From: Eledone cirrhosa
Taxonomy: Eukaryota
Direction: 5' to 3'
Length of the DNA stretch: 64,000 nt
Assembly: GCA_964016885.1 (NCBI GenBank)
Contig: OZ024755.1
Span: 30,752,001 to 30,816,000, forward strand
Below the pieces are notes generated by a model that did no database searches, had not been told where the DNA came from, and was given only the letters and a program-made list of their open reading frames with translations. Made by a program: the position numbers and the translations under genes. Of the stretch, positions 60,303-64,000 are shown piece after piece; positions within the stretch are counted from its first letter, which is position 1; every line of letters starts with the position of its first letter.

Positions 60303-60515
60303 GTTGCGACAGCGGTTTTGGTCACAGTTTGGCCCAACGACTACATGATCAGGGATATATGGTTTATGCCTGCTGCTTGTTTGCCCAACAAGATGGAGCT
60401 AACCAACTTCGTGATATGAAATCAGATCGCATGAAAGTTGTTCAACTTGATGTTACGTGCGATGAACAGGTAGAGAAAGCGCTGGAATACGTCAAATCAA
60501 CGATAGGTGACAAAG
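60303..60515 (+). CDS. SDR9C-like dehydrogenase, coding exon 2
   Basis: Polypyrimidine tract + CAG acceptor; (G)CDSGFGHSLAQRL...VYACCL...VQLDVT; phase-1 donor G|GTAAAT. Confidence 0.93.
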
Positions 60516-60599
60516 GTAAATATTAATCTTGTGTTATGTTGTTTCTTGTGTGGGGTGGGGGTTCAAATTTATTTATCAGTTATTATTATTAGTTTTATG

Positions 60600-61005
60600 G
60601 GCGGTGGATTGGCAGTATTGGTAGAGGGTCGGATGCTATGCTTTGCAGCATAGAGTTACGCCCCTTTATGATCTGCGTTCAAATCCCGCCGATATTTACT
60701 TTGCCTTTCATCCTTACGGGGTCAATAAAATAAGATAATTGCTGGCCTTGTGCCAAAAGTAGAAACAATTATTAGTTTTAACGCCAGAAAATTTGCCCGA
60801 TGCTCTATCGATTCTGCCAAACTGCTGCCTCTTAAATTAATATTGTTAATAATGGTTTCTGATTTAGGAACAAAGCCAGCAATTTTGAGGGAAAGGGAAA
60901 AAGTCGATTAAATCGATCCCAGTACATTACTGGTACTTTAATTTATCGACCCCGTAAGGATGAAAGGCAAAGTTTACCTCGACGGGATTTGAATTCATAA
61001 CGTAA
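60600..61005. mobile_element. SINE family A copies in opposite orientations in intron 2
   Basis: Plus copy 60600-60772; diverged minus copy about 60850-61005. Confidence 0.75.
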
Positions 61006-61223
61006 AGCTCATGGATGTTATCAAACCATCTTGCTCGGGGTCTACCCCTGAGTCTCCTGATTATCTTCAGTGCTAAAAATTGTACATTGATCTGTGAAAA
61101 GTAAAACATTTCTATGAAGAATCGAAACAACTAATCATGATTCGCCATGGTGTACGATGCTCTACCGACACTGCCAATCGGCCGATAATGATAAATAATA
61201 ATTTCTCATTTGTTCGTTTTCAG

Positions 61224-61406
61224 AATTATGGGCGTTGATCAACAATGCTGGAATCGCATCATTTGGGGAGATAGAATGGACAAGTGTTCCTTTGTTCAAG
61301 AAAATCATGGATGTCAACGTGATTGGGGTTGTAAGAGTAACAAAGGCCTTCCTGCCCTTTTTACGAAATACCAAAGGCCGCGTAGTAAATGTGGCAAGTT
61401 TAGCAG
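61224..61406 (+). CDS. SDR9C-like dehydrogenase, coding exon 3
   Basis: TTTTCAG acceptor; (E)LWALINNAGI..FGEIEW...DVNVIGVVRVTKAFLPFLR..KGRVVNVAS; phase-1 donor G|GTACAT. Confidence 0.93.
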
Positions 61407-61800
61407 GTACATGTCATTTGAGTTCTCTCCTTTTTTTTACATTGAATTCATTTGCTTTATATTTCAGAATTTGCTAATCTCTTTCTTTGTGTGATTCTGT
61501 CTCGAGTATCTCACACCTGATTTATATGCATGCAACTATATGAATATATGGGTGCGGGGAAATTAAGACATGTATATCCCCCCCCCCACACACACACACA
61601 CAAACTCTACTCTGTAGATGTATGCATACATAAAAACACATGCATATATTATGATCACACACTTATATGTATGTATGGTTGTATGCATATATATATATAT
61701 ATATATAAACAATGAGTTATATGGTTTGTAGATTATTCAACAAAATTAATTTTACAACAGATTAGAAGCACTCTACAGCTTTATCTGGAGTATCATTAAT

Positions 61801-62084
61801 ATTAACACTATTAATAAATGAAGAATATCTTTACAAAACCATAATTATTTTATTATACGCATTTCAAGGGTACTAACATTTTAGTACGCTTTCGTCAGAT
61901 AAAATATAACATTTGGTGGTAAGTTAGTGACATAGCTTCATGTGATCTTAATGGTACAAGCCCAAACACCAAATATTATATTTTATCTGACGAAAGTGTA
62001 CTAAAATGTTAGTACCCTTGAAACACGTATAATAAAATAATTATGGTTTTGTAAAGATATTCTCCATTTATTAATATTGTTAAT
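61801..62084. mobile_element. Inverted pair of hammerhead-bearing units
   Basis: ATTTTAT-CTGACGA-AAGTGTACTAA AATG TTAGTACCCTT-GAAACACGTA-TAATAAAAT at 61980-62038 (+), mirrored at about 61846-61905 (-). Confidence 0.8.
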
Positions 62085-62141
62085 ATATATATACACGTGT
62101 ATGTGTTTGTATATATATATATATGTGTGTGTGTGTGTTTG

Positions 62142-62224
<83 letters not shown>

Positions 62225-62226
<2 letters not shown>

Positions 62227-62540
62227 CGTTTCTGAATTTGTTTAGCAAGATTCTTTATCTAAAATCGTGTGTTGAAACCGATATTGTTATACTTTGGGAG
62301 GGTCATGTTGCCAATAAGAAACACACGCACCAGTTGCTTTCACTTCAATTTATTATATATTTATAAATTTACAAATTTATAAATTTCTGGTTGGTTGGTT
62401 GGTTCCACAACCAGATAGTTGTTTATATATAGTCATAGTTCTTTCGTCACACACTCTGTGACCTCTTCAGTGACTGGGGATTCCTTTCTTTGTTTCTGTG
62501 CCTCTCCTTTGTTCTGTCCTACGCCATTTTGTTTCTCTGT
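62225..62540 (-). mobile_element. Family D hammerhead-bearing element
   Basis: GTCA-CTGAAGA-G-GTCACA GAGTG TGTGAC-GAAAGAACTA-TGAC on the minus strand at about 62432-62474. Confidence 0.78.
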
Positions 62541-62545
62541 GTGTC

Positions 62546-62610
<65 letters not shown>

Positions 62611-64000
62611 ATATATATATATACAGAGTGAGAGAGACATACAGACAGAAACATGTACGCATGCACTCACACATACATACACACTATATATATATATATA
62701 TATATATATATGCAGAGGTTATATTTAATTTGTTGGGATTCAACAAGCTTTAAAAAAATGTTATAACTGATATAAAGCACTCAACAAGTTAGTGGAGTAA
62801 ATATACAATATATTAATAAATGGAAACTATATTTATAAAACCATAATTATTTTATTATATATATTTCAAGGGCAACCAAGGTATATTATGGTGCGCTTTC
62901 ACAGATAAAATACAGATTTGTTTTATAAATAAATATTGACATACCCGGAAAAAAAGACAATCTGATGAAAGCGCACCATAAGCGCACCACCGGAGGGTGG
63001 TTTTTCTGATAGTTATCCTAAAAACGCTCGTCCATCGCAATATGGTTTAAACAAATGATAAATGTTCTCAATGAGACTATTATTTATTCGTTTGAAATTG
63101 CCGTTTACTTAGTCGCTACTTACAAATCTGTGACTTATGCAACACTTCCTGTGGCAGAAAAAACTTTTGCCACTTAAATGTCTGCATTTGACGAGAAACT
63201 ATATATAGCTTGGAAAGGAATCAACGGCTTTAAAAAATCTGTAAAGAAACGTATGCTGACTATGGACATCCATATAAATATCAAATCCCAGTTGTTAAAT
63301 CCTCGACATAAAATGATCTATAACAACAGTAAACAGTATTATTTAAACATTAAATGAAAGAAATGTAAGTTAATAATTGATATTCAAATATATTCGTAGG
63401 TTTATATAAACAACAATACATACAGAAAACGTATTTATCAAAATAATTACAACTAATATAACATGCATTATTAGCAAATAAATTGCTTACAAAATAAAGT
63501 ATGTGAACCAAATATATAAAACTAAAATTGATGTAGATTATAAATCACTTCTAGCCATAAATCAACACCAACATATTCAAAATGTGATTTAATTGAACGA
63601 GCTATTCATTAGTTTTAAAACCATAAACTTTAGTGTTTGAAAAGAAACTCAAAGTGATAAATGTCGGCCCCCTACTTTTGTTACTGAGTTAATCAAAGGA
63701 TTACGACAACTCCTGTAAATGTTTTTTGAAGCCTCTTTGACTGGTGTAAGAAAAGGATGAAGTTAATCTCAGACCGGAGGCCTGGCCTGGATGCTTACAG
63801 AAAGGGGATTACATTAAATACATCCAAGAATCAGATGTATACAACTCTGGATCAGCAACAGTCCCTCTGACAGGTTGACACACGTTTCCATCTACTAAAT
63901 TTCCCTTCCAATGCTTTGGTTAACTGAGACAATTGTGGAAGATACTTTACCAAATTGCTGTGAATTGGGAGCCAACCCCAAACCACATAGTTGCAAATTC

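Noticed and set aside
61407-64000. SDR exon 4 with the catalytic YxxxK
   Set aside because: No matching phase-1 exon found by eye; presumably beyond the window.

Overview
AT-rich, microsatellite-saturated animal genomic DNA. The SINE, LINE and (TA)n content points to a cephalopod (octopus-like), which is an inference. One host gene is supported: a + strand SDR9C-type short-chain dehydrogenase (BDH1/retinol dehydrogenase-like). Its first three coding exons (25753-25969, 60303-60515, 61224-61406) splice in frame, with a ~34.3 kb first intron splitting the TGCDSGFG cofactor motif; the catalytic exons lie beyond the window. The rest is mobile DNA: near-identical young CR1/L2-group LINE copies, an R4/Dong-like RLE element in (TACA)n, Tx1-, CRE-, RTE- and Vingi-like fragments, two tRNA-derived SINE families, hAT and Tc1/mariner MITEs, and long pure microsatellites. 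The most striking unexplained layer is at least eight sequence-distinct families of short non-coding elements carrying type-I hammerhead ribozyme motifs (CUGANGA...GAAA-NUH, often with a palindromic stem III). They resemble Penelope-like pseudo-LTRs or retrozymes, sit in (TA)n tracts, and often occur as head-to-head fold-back pairs, several of which turn at ribozyme stem II. Almost all ORF-track entries are microsatellite artefacts. All structures were read by eye and coordinates of degraded repeats are approximate.
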